Positions 18,072 through 28,030 of a DNA stretch of 64,000 nucleotides are shown here, in pieces. Origin of the DNA: Patescibacteria group bacterium (lineage in GTDB: Bacteria; Patescibacteriota; Minisyncoccia; Phycocordibacterales; UBA12445). The stretch is from the NCBI GenBank assembly GCA_003504275.1, contig DOAO01000006.1, positions 66,588 to 130,587 on the forward strand, written 5' to 3'. The notes beneath the pieces are model-generated. The model was given only the letters and a program-made list of their open reading frames with translations, had not been told where the DNA came from and did no database searches. Every line of letters starts with the position of its first letter. Within the stretch, counting starts at the first letter, position 1. Position numbers and translations under genes: made by a program.

Positions 18072-20225
18072 GTGAACCTGAAACGACTCGAACTATTAGG
18101 TTTTAAATCTTTTGCAAAAAAGACGGTTTTGGATTTTGAGTCTTCTATTACCTCTATTGTTGGTCCAAATGGTTCCGGTAAATCAAATGTTGCCGAGGCT
18201 TTCCGTTGGGCGCTTGGTGAACAATCTTTAAAATCGCTCAGAGGAAAAAGGGGCGAAGACCTTATTTTTAACGGATCCGCAGGACATCCAAAATTAAATC
18301 ACGCTAGTGTGGAAGTAGTTTTTGATAATAAGCAAAGACAGTTTGCACTCGATTTTGATGAGGTTGCCGTGTCTCGTCATATTTACAGAGACGGAACAAA
18401 TGAGTATTTTATAAATGGCACAAAGGTGCGATTGAAGGATGTTATCGAGCTTCTTTCCGCAGTTTCTCTCGGTGTTTCAAGTCATCATATAATCAGCCAA
18501 GGTGAGGCGGATAGAATACTTAATGCCAATATGTACGAGAGGAGAGAGATGATAGAAGATGCTCTCGGATTAAAAGTTTTTCAATATAAAAAAGAAGAAT
18601 CAGAGAAGAAGTTGGAGAAGACACGTGAGAATATAAAAGAAGTAGAATCGTTAAGGAGAGAGATTGCTCCGCACCTCAGATTTTTACGAAAACAAATTGA
18701 ACAAGTAAAGAAGGCTGAAGAGATGAGGGCTGAGCTCGTAGCAATTTACAAGGAATATTTTAAAAGAGAAGAAAATTATTTAACTCAATTTAAACAGCTT
18801 CTTATCAAGGAAAAAGGAGATCCCGAAACAAAGCTTCAGACTATAGAGACTGAAATTTCAAGACTTTCTGCTATTTTGTCATCTGCCAACACAGCTGATC
18901 CATCCAAGATATCTCGTCTCAGGGAATTGGATTCTAACATTTTTGAAATAAGAAATAAGAAGAATAACCTTGAAAGAGAGATTGGTAAGCTAGACGCGCT
19001 TATAGAGATTAAATCTGTTTCAGACGACAAAGGTAGGAATGATAGAAATATTAGGGTTAATGAAAAGGGAGAGAGGATTTGTCTTTATTGCGCACAGGTT
19101 GTTCCAAGGGTAGTAGATGAAGTCCGTGAGGATGAGCTCCGTCAGGCTAGAGAAAAAGAAGTATCTGAGATAAGAATAAGAAGAGATGAAGTAGAAAAGA
19201 TGATACATTCTCTACATGAGAGTGAGGCCCGTGTACTTGCAGAGATGGACACTGTTCGTGCCGGTATAGAATCCAAAAAAGATGAGTTCCGTGATTCAGA
19301 GAGGATGCTTTATGAACTTCGTGCTGAGAAAAGTAATTTAATGTCACTCCTTAACTCCGCCAGAACAAAGGAAGAAAAGTTTAATATGGAAGAGGGGGCT
19401 TTCAAGATGGAACAAACCGAAGCCGTTGTTCTTGCGGGAAGAGAAGCTGTAAATTTCCGCGACTTTATTATTCCAGCCGGAACAGAGAACGAGCCTCGCG
19501 TAATACAGGAAGAAAGACGACGCAAAATAGAGAGAATAAAAATAAGATTGGAAGATATGGGTAACTCCGGCGAGGATGTTTTGAAAGAATATAATGAGAC
19601 AGAAGAACGAGACAGATTCCTTGAGAAAGAAATCGCCGACTTGATGAGTAGCGCTGAAGGACTTGAAAGTCTCATGGTTGAACTTTCTGAAAAAGTTAAT
19701 ACCGAATTTAAAAAAGGAGTTGAAAAGATAAATAAGCAGTTTCAGGAATATTTCTCCCTTATGTTCGGAGGTGGTTCAGCCGAGCTTGTACTCGTTTTAC
19801 CTATGAAGAAGAAGTCAGCAGAAGAGGTTGCTCTTGGTGTATCTATTCCAGATGAAGATGAAAATAAAGAAGAAGGAGTAGACATAAATGTTAATTTGCC
19901 TAGAAAGAAAATAAAAGGACTTCAAATGCTTTCCGGAGGAGAGAGGGCGCTTACTTCTATTGCACTTTTGTTTGCCGTATCACAGGTTAACCCCCCGCCA
20001 TTCCTTATTTTGGATGAGACAGATGCAGCACTTGATGAATCAAACTCAAAGAAGTATGGAGATATGATTGAGAATTTATCAAAAATATCACAGCTTATTG
20101 TTGTGACACACAACAGAGAGACAATGTCTCGTGCGGGTATTCTTTATGGGGTGACAATGGGTGGCGATGGCGTGTCCAGGCTTCTTTCGATTAAATTTGA
20201 TGAAGCAGTGAGAATAGCAAAATAG
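18072..20225 (+). CDS. smc: SMC-family chromosome segregation ATPase, unusually short at 717 aa.
   Basis: N-terminal Walker A FESSITSIVGPNGSGKSNV. C-terminal signature LSGGERALTSIALLFA and Walker B FLILDETDAALD. Long coiled coils lie between them. Confidence 0.8.
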   Translation: MNLKRLELLGFKSFAKKTVLDFESSITSIVGPNGSGKSNVAEAFRWALGEQSLKSLRGKRGEDLIFNGSAGHPKLNHASVEVVFDNKQRQFALDFDEVAVSRHIYRDGTNEYFINGTKVRLKDVIELLSAVSLGVSSHHIISQGEADRILNANMYERREMIEDALGLKVFQYKKEESEKKLEKTRENIKEVESLRREIAPHLRFLRKQIEQVKKAEEMRAELVAIYKEYFKREENYLTQFKQLLIKEKGDPETKLQTIETEISRLSAILSSANTADPSKISRLRELDSNIFEIRNKKNNLEREIGKLDALIEIKSVSDDKGRNDRNIRVNEKGERICLYCAQVVPRVVDEVREDELRQAREKEVSEIRIRRDEVEKMIHSLHESEARVLAEMDTVRAGIESKKDEFRDSERMLYELRAEKSNLMSLLNSARTKEEKFNMEEGAFKMEQTEAVVLAGREAVNFRDFIIPAGTENEPRVIQEERRRKIERIKIRLEDMGNSGEDVLKEYNETEERDRFLEKEIADLMSSAEGLESLMVELSEKVNTEFKKGVEKINKQFQEYFSLMFGGGSAELVLVLPMKKKSAEEVALGVSIPDEDENKEEGVDINVNLPRKKIKGLQMLSGGERALTSIALLFAVSQVNPPPFLILDETDAALDESNSKKYGDMIENLSKISQLIVVTHNRETMSRAGILYGVTMGGDGVSRLLSIKFDEAVRIAK

Positions 20226-20303
20226 AATTAAATTTGATTTGACCGCCAAAATTTTTTCTTTTAAAAAATTTAGGATGACGAAGCAGTAAAAATCGCAAAA
20301 TAA
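20196..20303 (+). repeat. Degenerate direct duplication of the SMC 3' end, interrupted by a 35-nt mini-insert that carries the CCGCCAAAATTTT motif.
   Basis: GATTAAATTTGATGAAGCAGTGAGAATAGCAAAATAG at the gene end is matched by ATTAAATTTGAT[insert]GATGACGAAGCAGTAAAAATCGCAAAATAA. Confidence 0.55.
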
Positions 20304-20326
20304 TTTTTATTAATTAGTAAAAATTT

Positions 20327-20620
20327 ATGTTTAAAGTAAATGAAAGCATAATAGATAGATTGTTGAGATTAACTTTTGGAGAGATATTTTTTGTTTCGGC
20401 AGCACTTAATGGGGAAATAATTTTAACTTACACTTTTTATTTCCTGTCTTTTGCCATGGTATTAACAGCTATTACTGGACACTCTTTTGTATATCAATTT
20501 GGAAAAATAAATACCAAAGCAAAAACTCTTCCAATTTTTCATAAACTGCCATTATTGTTGTATATATGTTTGCCACTTATAATTCCTCTTGTGTTTTGGT
20601 ATGTATTAACACAAAAATAG
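20327..20620 (+). CDS. Small membrane protein (hypothetical).
   Basis: 97-aa ORF with two or three hydrophobic helices. Confidence 0.4.
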   Translation: MFKVNESIIDRLLRLTFGEIFFVSAALNGEIILTYTFYFLSFAMVLTAITGHSFVYQFGKINTKAKTLPIFHKLPLLLYICLPLIIPLVFWYVLTQK

Positions 20621-20633
20621 TTAAAATATTAAA

Positions 20634-20661
20634 AACACCACACTTATCGTGTGGTGTTTTT
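20634..20661 (+). terminator. Rho-independent terminator.
   Basis: ACACCACACTTATCGTGTGGTGT hairpin followed by TTTT. Confidence 0.55.
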
Positions 20662-20697
20662 AGTAAAGTGACCATTCAAGCAATACTTATAAATGCC

Positions 20698-20825
20698 GTC
20701 ATTGCGAAGCCGAAGGCTTGGCCGTCCACAGGTGTCGACGACGATTCCGTCGACCAATCCAGATTTATTTATGTTGAATTACTGGATTGCCACACCGAAG
20801 CTAAGACGCTTCGACTCGCAATGAC
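20698..20825. repeat. Family B MITE-like element with terminal inverted repeats GTCATTGCGA ... TCGCAATGAC and the internal inverted pair CAATCCAG / CTGGATTG.
   Basis: Same termini as the copies at 41289..41382 and 42503..42614. GC-rich. The overlapping ORF 20566..20874 is regarded as spurious. Confidence 0.7.
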
Positions 20826-20832
20826 GAGCGGA

Positions 20833-22821
20833 TTAATTAGGGATGGTATTAGGGACAAGTCTGAAGTCTATTGATCTTCTCCTTAAATTTGCAGATATAA
20901 GTTCTATTTTGATTCTGTCGCCTATTCGATATTCTTTCTTCGTTTTTTGTCCTACAAGCTTCATTCCTTTTGAGTCGGGTGCGAAGTAATCTTCCTTTAT
21001 GTCTCTTAGTGCCACCATTCCTTCGCAGAGTATTTCTTCGGCCTCTACATACATACCCCAATCGGTTACGCTTGTGATGATTCCTGTAAATATTTGTCCT
21101 ATTTTATCCATAACATATTCAACTTGTTTGAATTTTATTGATTCTCTTTCGGCGTTCATTGCGCGACGTTCCATATCCGAGCAATGATTACATAATTTTT
21201 CATATTCTTTTTTGTCTTCTATTACCATTTTACCGGATAAATGTGATTCAAGGAGGCGGTGTACCATTACATCAGGATATCTTCTTATTGGGGAGGTAAA
21301 ATGAGTGTATGAGTCATACGCGAGACCAAAATGTCCGATATTATCGGTAGAATAAACCGCCTTGGCCATTGATCTTAATATGATCCACATAATAAGAGAT
21401 CTTTCGCTTTTGCCCTCAAATGCATCAATTACAGCATTTATCTCTTGACCTGTGAGCCCAGTACCGGCCCCACGTGGCTTATATCCGAAGTTTACAAGGA
21501 CTTCTTTTAGGTCGCTTATTTTGTCGCTGTTTGGTAACTCATGATTTCTGTAGATGAAAATTTTACCTCCATCTTCTCCACGTTTGAATATTTTCTCAGC
21601 CACTTTCTTGTTGGCGAGGAGCATATATTCTTCAACTAATTTATTTGCGTCTTTTTGTTCTTTTTTATAGATTGAAATCGGTTTTCCTTTTTCGTCTAAT
21701 TTAAATTTTATTTCAGCTGAATCAAGATATATAGAGCCTTTGGCGAATCTTGTAGCTCTCATTTTTTTGGCTATTTTATCGAGAGTATGAATTTCTTTCT
21801 CATATTTATTACCCTCTCCTTCTATAACTTTTTGGACATCCTCATACGTAAATCTCTTGTCGGAATGAATAACAGTTTTTCCGAACCATTCATCTGTTAC
21901 GTGTCCGTTATTGTCTATCGTGAAAACGGCTGAGAAGGTGAGTCGGTCTTGATTTGGGAGAAGACTGCAAAGATTATTTGAAAGTATTTCTGGTAGCATT
22001 GGTATAACTCTATCTACAAGGTAGACCGAAGTGGCTCTCTTTCTCGCTTCTTTGTCTAAGGCACTTCCTGGTTTCAAATAATGTGAGACATCTGCTATGT
22101 GTATACCTATCTCAAATTTATCTCCAACAGGACGAATAGAAATAGCATCATCAAAATCTTTTGCATCCTCAGGGTCAATGGTAAATGTTGTTATATCTCT
22201 GAAATCTCGTCTACCGCTTATATCACTTTCTCTTATACCTGTTTCGTTTAAATTTTTGGCTTCAGTCGTGACCACATTTTCATGTGAGGTACGGAATCCG
22301 TGCTCTTCAGAGATCGCTTCCATTTCTGTATCGTTTTCTCCGACCTTGCCGATAACTCGGATTATTTCTCCTTTTGTTTCTTCTTTGCCATTACTCCAGT
22401 TTGTTATTTTTACAAGAACTACATCATCTTCTTTTGCCCTAAAAGTATTTTCTCCCACAATCATTATTCCGGCAGTTGGGGCCTTAAGGTCCTTCGGTGT
22501 TATCCAAAGAGAGTTTTTCTCTTCGTGTATTGTTCCTACAAATTGTTCTTTGGCACGGGTTTCAATCCGCGTAACTCGTCCTTCAAAATATTTTTCATTT
22601 TCTATTTTTACCCATGCAGTGTCTCCATGGAAGGCACCTCCCAGTTTATCTGAAGCTATAAAAATATCCTTTTTTAATCCTTCCGCCATACCAAATCCCT
22701 CTCCTTTTTTGGTTAAGGATATAGTACAAAGAAATTCTCCGTTAGTAGGGCGAAGTTCGTTGCCGGATTTTACCTTTCTTTCTTTTCCTCTTTTTTTGTT
22801 GTTTGATCTTTTTTTATTCAT
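20833..22821 (-). CDS. rnr: Ribonuclease R (RNB-family 3'-5' exoribonuclease).
   Basis: RNB motif FTIDPEDAKDFDDAISI. OB/cold-shock domains at the N-terminus and an S1 domain at the C-terminus. Basic N-terminal tail. Confidence 0.9.
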   Translation of the reverse strand: MNKKRSNNKKRGKERKVKSGNELRPTNGEFLCTISLTKKGEGFGMAEGLKKDIFIASDKLGGAFHGDTAWVKIENEKYFEGRVTRIETRAKEQFVGTIHEEKNSLWITPKDLKAPTAGIMIVGENTFRAKEDDVVLVKITNWSNGKEETKGEIIRVIGKVGENDTEMEAISEEHGFRTSHENVVTTEAKNLNETGIRESDISGRRDFRDITTFTIDPEDAKDFDDAISIRPVGDKFEIGIHIADVSHYLKPGSALDKEARKRATSVYLVDRVIPMLPEILSNNLCSLLPNQDRLTFSAVFTIDNNGHVTDEWFGKTVIHSDKRFTYEDVQKVIEGEGNKYEKEIHTLDKIAKKMRATRFAKGSIYLDSAEIKFKLDEKGKPISIYKKEQKDANKLVEEYMLLANKKVAEKIFKRGEDGGKIFIYRNHELPNSDKISDLKEVLVNFGYKPRGAGTGLTGQEINAVIDAFEGKSERSLIMWIILRSMAKAVYSTDNIGHFGLAYDSYTHFTSPIRRYPDVMVHRLLESHLSGKMVIEDKKEYEKLCNHCSDMERRAMNAERESIKFKQVEYVMDKIGQIFTGIITSVTDWGMYVEAEEILCEGMVALRDIKEDYFAPDSKGMKLVGQKTKKEYRIGDRIKIELISANLRRRSIDFRLVPNTIPN

Positions 22822-22878
22822 TGAATGTTTTTCTGGCCTGTTATATATTTATATTATATTAGCATTAAAGCAATAAAC

Positions 22879-23502
22879 ATGGATACAACCAATAAATATT
22901 CTTATTTAGCAGTATCGGTTTTAATTGTCGGACTCGCTTTTATGATGTTTGAGGGAAGGACACCCACCGCAGAAGAGCCGAAGGTAGAGATTAACACTAA
23001 TGAGGTAAAAATAGAAGATAAAACTATGTATCAAGCAACAATGAAGACAAATATGGGGGATATCGTTCTTGAGCTTTACAAAGACAAAGCTCCTGTGACA
23101 GTAGAGAATTTTGTGAAATTAGCTAACGAAGGATTCTATAATGGAACAAAATTTCACAGAGTTATTAAGGATTTTATGATCCAGGGAGGAGATCCAAACA
23201 GTAAGCTTGAGGATTGGTCTACACACGGAATGGGTGGTCCTGGATATCAATTTCAGGATGAAATAAACGACGTTAAGCTTGTCGCAGGAGTTCTTGCGAT
23301 GGCGAATTCCGGACCAAATACAAATGGAAGTCAGTTTTTTATTGTTACTGCTGAGTCTACTCCATGGTTGGATGGTAGGCACACTGCTTTCGGAAGAGTC
23401 GTTGGTGGAATGGATATTGTTAATAAAATTGAGGCTGTTAAGGTGGGTGCTAATGACCATCCGGTTGATGACGTAGTCGTTCTTGGTGTGGAAATAAAAT
23501 AA
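22879..23502 (+). CDS. ppiB: Cyclophilin-type peptidyl-prolyl cis-trans isomerase with an N-terminal membrane anchor. The ORF track start at 22825 is probably an extension.
   Basis: FHRVIKDFMIQGGDP and the GPNTNGSQFFI motif. Confidence 0.85.
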   Translation: MDTTNKYSYLAVSVLIVGLAFMMFEGRTPTAEEPKVEINTNEVKIEDKTMYQATMKTNMGDIVLELYKDKAPVTVENFVKLANEGFYNGTKFHRVIKDFMIQGGDPNSKLEDWSTHGMGGPGYQFQDEINDVKLVAGVLAMANSGPNTNGSQFFIVTAESTPWLDGRHTAFGRVVGGMDIVNKIEAVKVGANDHPVDDVVVLGVEIK

Positions 23503-23529
23503 ATAGATTTACAACTAGCTACTTTTTAA

Positions 23530-23573
23530 AACACGGCTTCCGACATAAATCATTGGCCGTGTTTGCTTTTTTT
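23530..23573 (+). terminator. Rho-independent terminator.
   Basis: AACACGGC...GGCCGTGTT stem followed by TGCTTTTTTT. Confidence 0.5.
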
Positions 23574-23671
23574 AAAAAATATTGTAATATTTCTATTTGA
23601 AAAGAGTTTTTTGAAAAATATACATATTTCACGGAAGTTAACCGTAGTTAGTGTAAAGTAATAAGGAGGGG

Positions 23672-24928
23672 TTGTGTATGAGAATTAATAATTTACCATT
23701 AATTTCCTTATTCGTTTTGGTTCTCGTTTCTTTTTCCTTGTTTTTGGGTGGTTGTGCTTATGCCGACAATGAAACCATTAATAAAAACAAATTAGCTGAA
23801 ATTACAAACGATACCACTTCTAGTTTTTTAAATGAACCCTTTGACCTAGAACTTCTTGTAGAGGTTATTGTTGTTGCTTACACGAACCATGTAAATCGTA
23901 AAAATTTTGACAAGAACAAGATAACCAAAGGTATCGTTCGTGGTTTTATGCAAAGCTTGGATAAACATTCTAATTTTCTTGATCCGGAAGAGGCGGCAAA
24001 TCGGTTAGAATCTTCATCAGGTAAAATTGATGGGGGAATTGGTATTGTTTTTAGCGCTCAAAAAAGAAGTCTTCTTGTGGATGAGGTTAATAAAGACTCT
24101 CCGGCAGAAAAAGCTGGCATCAAGGCTAGAGATAGAATAATAGCTATTGATGGTGTTTCTGTTAAAAATATTCAATTAATAGAAATAACAAAAAAGATTC
24201 GCGGTGAAATCGGAACGAATGTTGTTCTTAAAATAGTTCGCCGTGGAGAAAAAAAACCGATTGATATAACCGTCACTCGTGGAATAATAACAGTTCAGAG
24301 TGTTTCTTGTGATGTCGTAAAAAAAGAAAACAAGATTATTGGCATCATTAAAATTACTGGTTTTCGAGAAAATACATATGCTCAATTTTTGTCAGAAACT
24401 TCTAAGTTGATGGATAAAAAACCTGATTATATCATATTTGATCTTCGTGAAAATCCGGGTGGATATGTAAATAGTGTACGTGACATTATGAGTGAAATAG
24501 TGGGTCCTGGCCATGTTCTTTTTCAAGAAGAATTTTGGGATGGAAGAGTGACTAAAATATCTTCCAATCTATTGACTACAAGCAGTATATTCTATAAAGA
24601 TTCTTCTATTAACAAATTCGCTTGTCTTGTGAATGAAAATACGGCTTCTGCTGCTGAAATTATGTCGTCCGGGCTTCGCGATATTCTTGGAACAAAGATA
24701 ATTGGAGAGGCTACGTACGGTAAGGGTACTGGATGGGTTCCTATTGACCTTAAGTCTGGTAAGGGAACTTGCAATGTTACCTGTTTCAGGTGGTTGACCC
24801 CAAGGGGAAATTCTATAGAAGAGGTAGGCGTTGAACCAGATATTGAGGTTTTTATGGAGGAAGAAGATGTGTTCTTGAAAAAAGATCCGCAAATGGACGT
24901 AGCTTTTGAGGAATTGTTGAAAAAATAA
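23672..24928 (+). CDS. ctpA: S41-family C-terminal processing peptidase with a PDZ domain.
   Basis: PDZ segment GIGIVFSA...DSPAEKAGIKARDRIIAIDG. Active-site region FDLRENPGGYV and NENTASAAEIM. N-terminal signal/transmembrane segment. Confidence 0.85.
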   Translation: MCMRINNLPLISLFVLVLVSFSLFLGGCAYADNETINKNKLAEITNDTTSSFLNEPFDLELLVEVIVVAYTNHVNRKNFDKNKITKGIVRGFMQSLDKHSNFLDPEEAANRLESSSGKIDGGIGIVFSAQKRSLLVDEVNKDSPAEKAGIKARDRIIAIDGVSVKNIQLIEITKKIRGEIGTNVVLKIVRRGEKKPIDITVTRGIITVQSVSCDVVKKENKIIGIIKITGFRENTYAQFLSETSKLMDKKPDYIIFDLRENPGGYVNSVRDIMSEIVGPGHVLFQEEFWDGRVTKISSNLLTTSSIFYKDSSINKFACLVNENTASAAEIMSSGLRDILGTKIIGEATYGKGTGWVPIDLKSGKGTCNVTCFRWLTPRGNSIEEVGVEPDIEVFMEEEDVFLKKDPQMDVAFEELLKK

Positions 24929-24936
24929 TAAATTTA

Positions 24937-24965
24937 AGCGGCACTGACAGGTGCCGCTTTTTATA
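24937..24965 (+). terminator. Rho-independent terminator.
   Basis: AGCGGCACTGACAGGTGCCGCT hairpin followed by TTTTAT. Confidence 0.65.
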
Positions 24966-25145
24966 TTGACCCGAACGAGAGGTGTGCTATATTTCGAAGT
25001 AGATAAGTTATTTGAAAACTCGCCCGCCAAAATTTTCGGATACAACTTATATTGCCAATAAAATTATATTTTAATCAAATATTAATACATTTTGTGGTTA
25101 AGGTTAGTTTGGTAAAAAATTTAGGAGGGTAAAGGAAGGTGTAGT

Positions 25146-25388
25146 ATGGATGAAAAGTTTAGAAAAATTTTGAGAGAAATTTTTGAGAATCCGCCCTTGA
25201 GAGAAGCTATTAGAAGAGGAAAAGAAGAAGGAGATCGTTTTCGTTCTGACCGAGAGTATCCTGGCGTATTAACAAAATGTTTGGGTGTTCCTGTCAAAAC
25301 CAAAATTGTTTCCGATGAGGTGGATGAAAAATCAGAGGTTCCAAAAATCGAAATAATAGAGACTCTGATAACCCTTAACGTCAGTTGA
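25146..25388 (+). CDS. Small hypothetical protein (80 aa).
   Basis: A ribosome-binding site AAAGGAAGG lies 7 nt upstream. Charged, helical. The antisense ORF 25121..25471 is regarded as spurious. Confidence 0.4.
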   Translation: MDEKFRKILREIFENPPLREAIRRGKEEGDRFRSDREYPGVLTKCLGVPVKTKIVSDEVDEKSEVPKIEIIETLITLNVS

Positions 25389-26099
25389 TTGTGCGTTACG
25401 TCGAGGAGGCGATTTATGAAAAGATTTTTGTTTGTTCTCATTCTGCTCGTTTTTTTAATGTCGGGCGGCATCGTGTTTGGTGAAAACGAACGCTTTATTT
25501 TACCGGGAGATAGACCAATCGATTCTGTGGCAGATGGAATTGCTTATATTAAAGTAAGCGATTACTTTGAATGCGGATTTTCTCGCTTTCACGATGTAGT
25601 ATCAGAAATAAAAAGGAAGAAATTAAACAGTAAGATTATTCTTGATTTTCGTGGAAGTTCCGCTGTTGATCTTAAAGGAGCCATAGAGGTAATTGAGACT
25701 TTTATTGGTCCAGGAAAAGTCGCCTATATTAAAGAGAACAAAGAAGACGGAGTCAGAGAAAAAACAATGACGGGCTATCCAAAGGAAAATATAAAGATTG
25801 GCAAAATTGTTTGTCTTGCGGACACAGATACAAATGTGCCATCAGAGATAATTGTTTTAGCCTTAAAATATCATTTGTTTAACTTTACCACTGTCGGCAA
25901 ACAGACAACCGGTAATCTTGAGTGTTACAGATACTTTCCATCAGGCATAGCAAGGTTGCCTTATGGGTTTAATTGGCTTTCTTCTTCGGGGGTTAAGATA
26001 ACCAATACCGGTATTACTCCTGCTTATGAAGTTGTAGAAGATGAGCCGGGTAGGGATTTGGCGACAGAAAAGGCAATAGAACTTTTAAATAGAGAATAG
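25389..26099 (+). CDS. S41-peptidase-like domain protein lacking a PDZ domain, with an N-terminal transmembrane helix.
   Basis: ILDFRGSSAVDLKGAIEV and LADTDTNVPSEIIVLALK resemble the S41 catalytic core. A ribosome-binding site GAGGAGG is present. Confidence 0.55.
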   Translation: MCVTSRRRFMKRFLFVLILLVFLMSGGIVFGENERFILPGDRPIDSVADGIAYIKVSDYFECGFSRFHDVVSEIKRKKLNSKIILDFRGSSAVDLKGAIEVIETFIGPGKVAYIKENKEDGVREKTMTGYPKENIKIGKIVCLADTDTNVPSEIIVLALKYHLFNFTTVGKQTTGNLECYRYFPSGIARLPYGFNWLSSSGVKITNTGITPAYEVVEDEPGRDLATEKAIELLNRE

Positions 26100-26108
26100 T
26101 TTTTATAA

Positions 26109-26137
26109 ACGACCCATAATCATGGGCCGTTTTTCTT
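26109..26137 (+). terminator. Rho-independent terminator.
   Basis: CGACCCATAATCATGGGCCG hairpin followed by TTTTTCTT. Confidence 0.5.
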
Positions 26138-26140
26138 ACT

Positions 26141-26236
26141 CTGTAGGAATTTTTTCCCATGAATTTATTTCCTCTCAAGAAGTCTTCCCAGCCCATTTCT
26201 TTCTTTCCTTCGGGGGTTACTTTTTCGGGTACAAAC
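26141..26236 (-). pseudogene. Remnant duplicate of the fmt 3' end (direct repeat A of the pair that brackets the radical-SAM gene).
   Basis: About 72 nt are near-identical to fmt 28047..28118 (TTATTTCCYCTCAAGAAGTCTTCCCARCCCATTTCTTTCTTTCCTTCRGGRGTTACTTTTTCGGG). The minus-strand ORF 26014..26196 begins MGWEDFLRGNK, which is the fmt C-terminus. Confidence 0.75.
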
Positions 26237-26339
26237 GTATCACTTTTCTTTCGTTTGATTAATCCGTGTTGTGATTTTTAAAGAAATGTATTTTGTGGTC
26301 TGTTTTTGGTATTATTTGTTATATATTTAAATAATTACC

Positions 26340-28013
26340 ATGGAGACGTTACCAATAAGAGAAAAAAATAAGAAGGAAGAAATCGGGGATATACGAGATA
26401 TACACCCCAATGGATTGAATGATTTTTTTGAGAAACAATATAATTCCGGTGATTTGGAAAAATATCTTGATAAGATTGCCGAAGAACCTTCCGTTATTGC
26501 ACACATAAGTTATTGGGAAAAATACCTCAATCCAAAGTACAAAAATCTTTTTGAAGAAATGTATAAGGAAAAAGTGTTGCCAGAGATTAAAAATTCAGAA
26601 CTCCCCCTTGCTCTAGAGAAAAGGTTTTCCGAAAAAGAATTAAAAATGATTTTTGAAGACATCCAGACAATCCAATTGACATTTGGTTGTTCGAAAGGAT
26701 GTAAGTTTTGCGGATTAGATGCCGTGCCGGGCGTTAGTGATCACATACCATTTGAACAATTAAAAAATTTTTTTTCAAAATACGGCAAAGAGCTTTCTGT
26801 ATCCGAGCCATTTTTATATTATGCATCTGAGCCGGCCGACTACAGGTCTGAGGATAAGGAAGGAAGGGTTGTTGCTTATAAAGATGTTGAGGCACTTGCT
26901 CATGACAACTCGGGATATATTCCCACTATCACGACGAGGGAGATCAATGACGAATCGTGGTTAAATTTTTTGGGCGAAAGAACAAACAAGGAAGATGTTA
27001 GGGTAAGCGTTTATGGTAAGTTTAAGGATGTCGATATTCCCGATCAAATAGATGCGTCCAAAACTTTAATATACAAACATGACAAGATACCTCTCGGTAA
27101 GGATATTACCAGGGAAAATCAAGAGGGTTCATTGGTGGGAATAGGCTGTTTTGATGGGATTCTTGTGACCCCGCGGGGCATCTATAATGTTATGCAGATC
27201 CCTGTATCCATTGAATATCCCCAGGGACAAATGATCGTCCCTCTTCGGGAAATATCAAAAGAGCCGATATGCATAGGGCAGAGTTTTGAATCAGTTTTGT
27301 CGTGTGCAGTCCTACAGAATAATGTCGAATTATATGTTGATCGTTTTTTGATTAAGCCATATGTAACGGTTGAGACAGGGGCAGGGATGTTTGATATTGT
27401 TCTGGATAATGAACTTAATGTGAAAAATGTCATTCCTAGCGATGAAAAAGTTGAAGAGCTTATGGGCAGGATGGAACGCTTTAGGAAATTACGCAGAATT
27501 ATTATTTCTAAGGACAAACAAATATTAGTTGATTATCTAGGATCGTTAGAAGAAGGAGATGGGGAAGTTCTTGTCGAGATTTGTCACCAAATAAGCGGTA
27601 TGGAGATAGTTGATATTGAAGACAAGAATAAATTAGCTGAAAATTTAATTAGTTTGAGACGATTGGCATTCAATCGCATTAATATAAAAATTGGAGAATT
27701 TGAAGACGAAATTGGGGAATATTCTAAAAAACAAAAGGACAAATTGGGCCCAGGTTGGTTTGATAGTAGAGATTTCGTTTTGGGACCAAATAGTAATTTT
27801 TATGTGAATGCATCTCGCTCAATGATTCAAGTAGACAGCGATGGTAAAAAATATTTTAGATTAGAGCGACCTGGCGATGTAAATACAGCTGAAATACTCA
27901 TTTATCCCCCAGAAGGATTTAAATGGGAAAATGCAGGGGATTTTTGGAATATCAGGTTACTGTACGGGTCTAGAGTAAAGGTCAGGCTAATTGATAGCCA
28001 GAAAGATAAATAA
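26340..28013 (+). CDS. Radical SAM domain protein (557 aa) of unknown function.
   Basis: CxxxCxPhiC motif in LTFGCSKGCKFCGLD. Few other cysteines, so probably no SPASM or auxiliary cluster. Confidence 0.8.
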   Translation: METLPIREKNKKEEIGDIRDIHPNGLNDFFEKQYNSGDLEKYLDKIAEEPSVIAHISYWEKYLNPKYKNLFEEMYKEKVLPEIKNSELPLALEKRFSEKELKMIFEDIQTIQLTFGCSKGCKFCGLDAVPGVSDHIPFEQLKNFFSKYGKELSVSEPFLYYASEPADYRSEDKEGRVVAYKDVEALAHDNSGYIPTITTREINDESWLNFLGERTNKEDVRVSVYGKFKDVDIPDQIDASKTLIYKHDKIPLGKDITRENQEGSLVGIGCFDGILVTPRGIYNVMQIPVSIEYPQGQMIVPLREISKEPICIGQSFESVLSCAVLQNNVELYVDRFLIKPYVTVETGAGMFDIVLDNELNVKNVIPSDEKVEELMGRMERFRKLRRIIISKDKQILVDYLGSLEEGDGEVLVEICHQISGMEIVDIEDKNKLAENLISLRRLAFNRINIKIGEFEDEIGEYSKKQKDKLGPGWFDSRDFVLGPNSNFYVNASRSMIQVDSDGKKYFRLERPGDVNTAEILIYPPEGFKWENAGDFWNIRLLYGSRVKVRLIDSQKDK

Positions 28014-28030
28014 AAATAGTTTTAACTAAA

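Noticed and set aside
20566-20874. 102-aa plus-strand ORF.
   Set aside because: It overlaps the family B MITE (20698-20825) and the end of rnr. Its reading frame is created by the GC-rich element, and no ribosome-binding site is present.
22097-22876. 259-aa and 117-aa plus-strand ORFs antisense to rnr.
   Set aside because: Low-complexity Ser/Phe-rich translation, antisense to a well-supported RNase R gene.
25121-25471. 116-aa minus-strand ORF.
   Set aside because: It is antisense to two co-oriented plus-strand genes that have ribosome-binding sites. No motif recognised.
26014-26196. 60-aa minus-strand ORF beginning MGWEDFLRGNK.
   Set aside because: This is the duplicated fmt 3'-end remnant (direct repeat A), not an independent gene. 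It is annotated as a pseudogene fragment instead.
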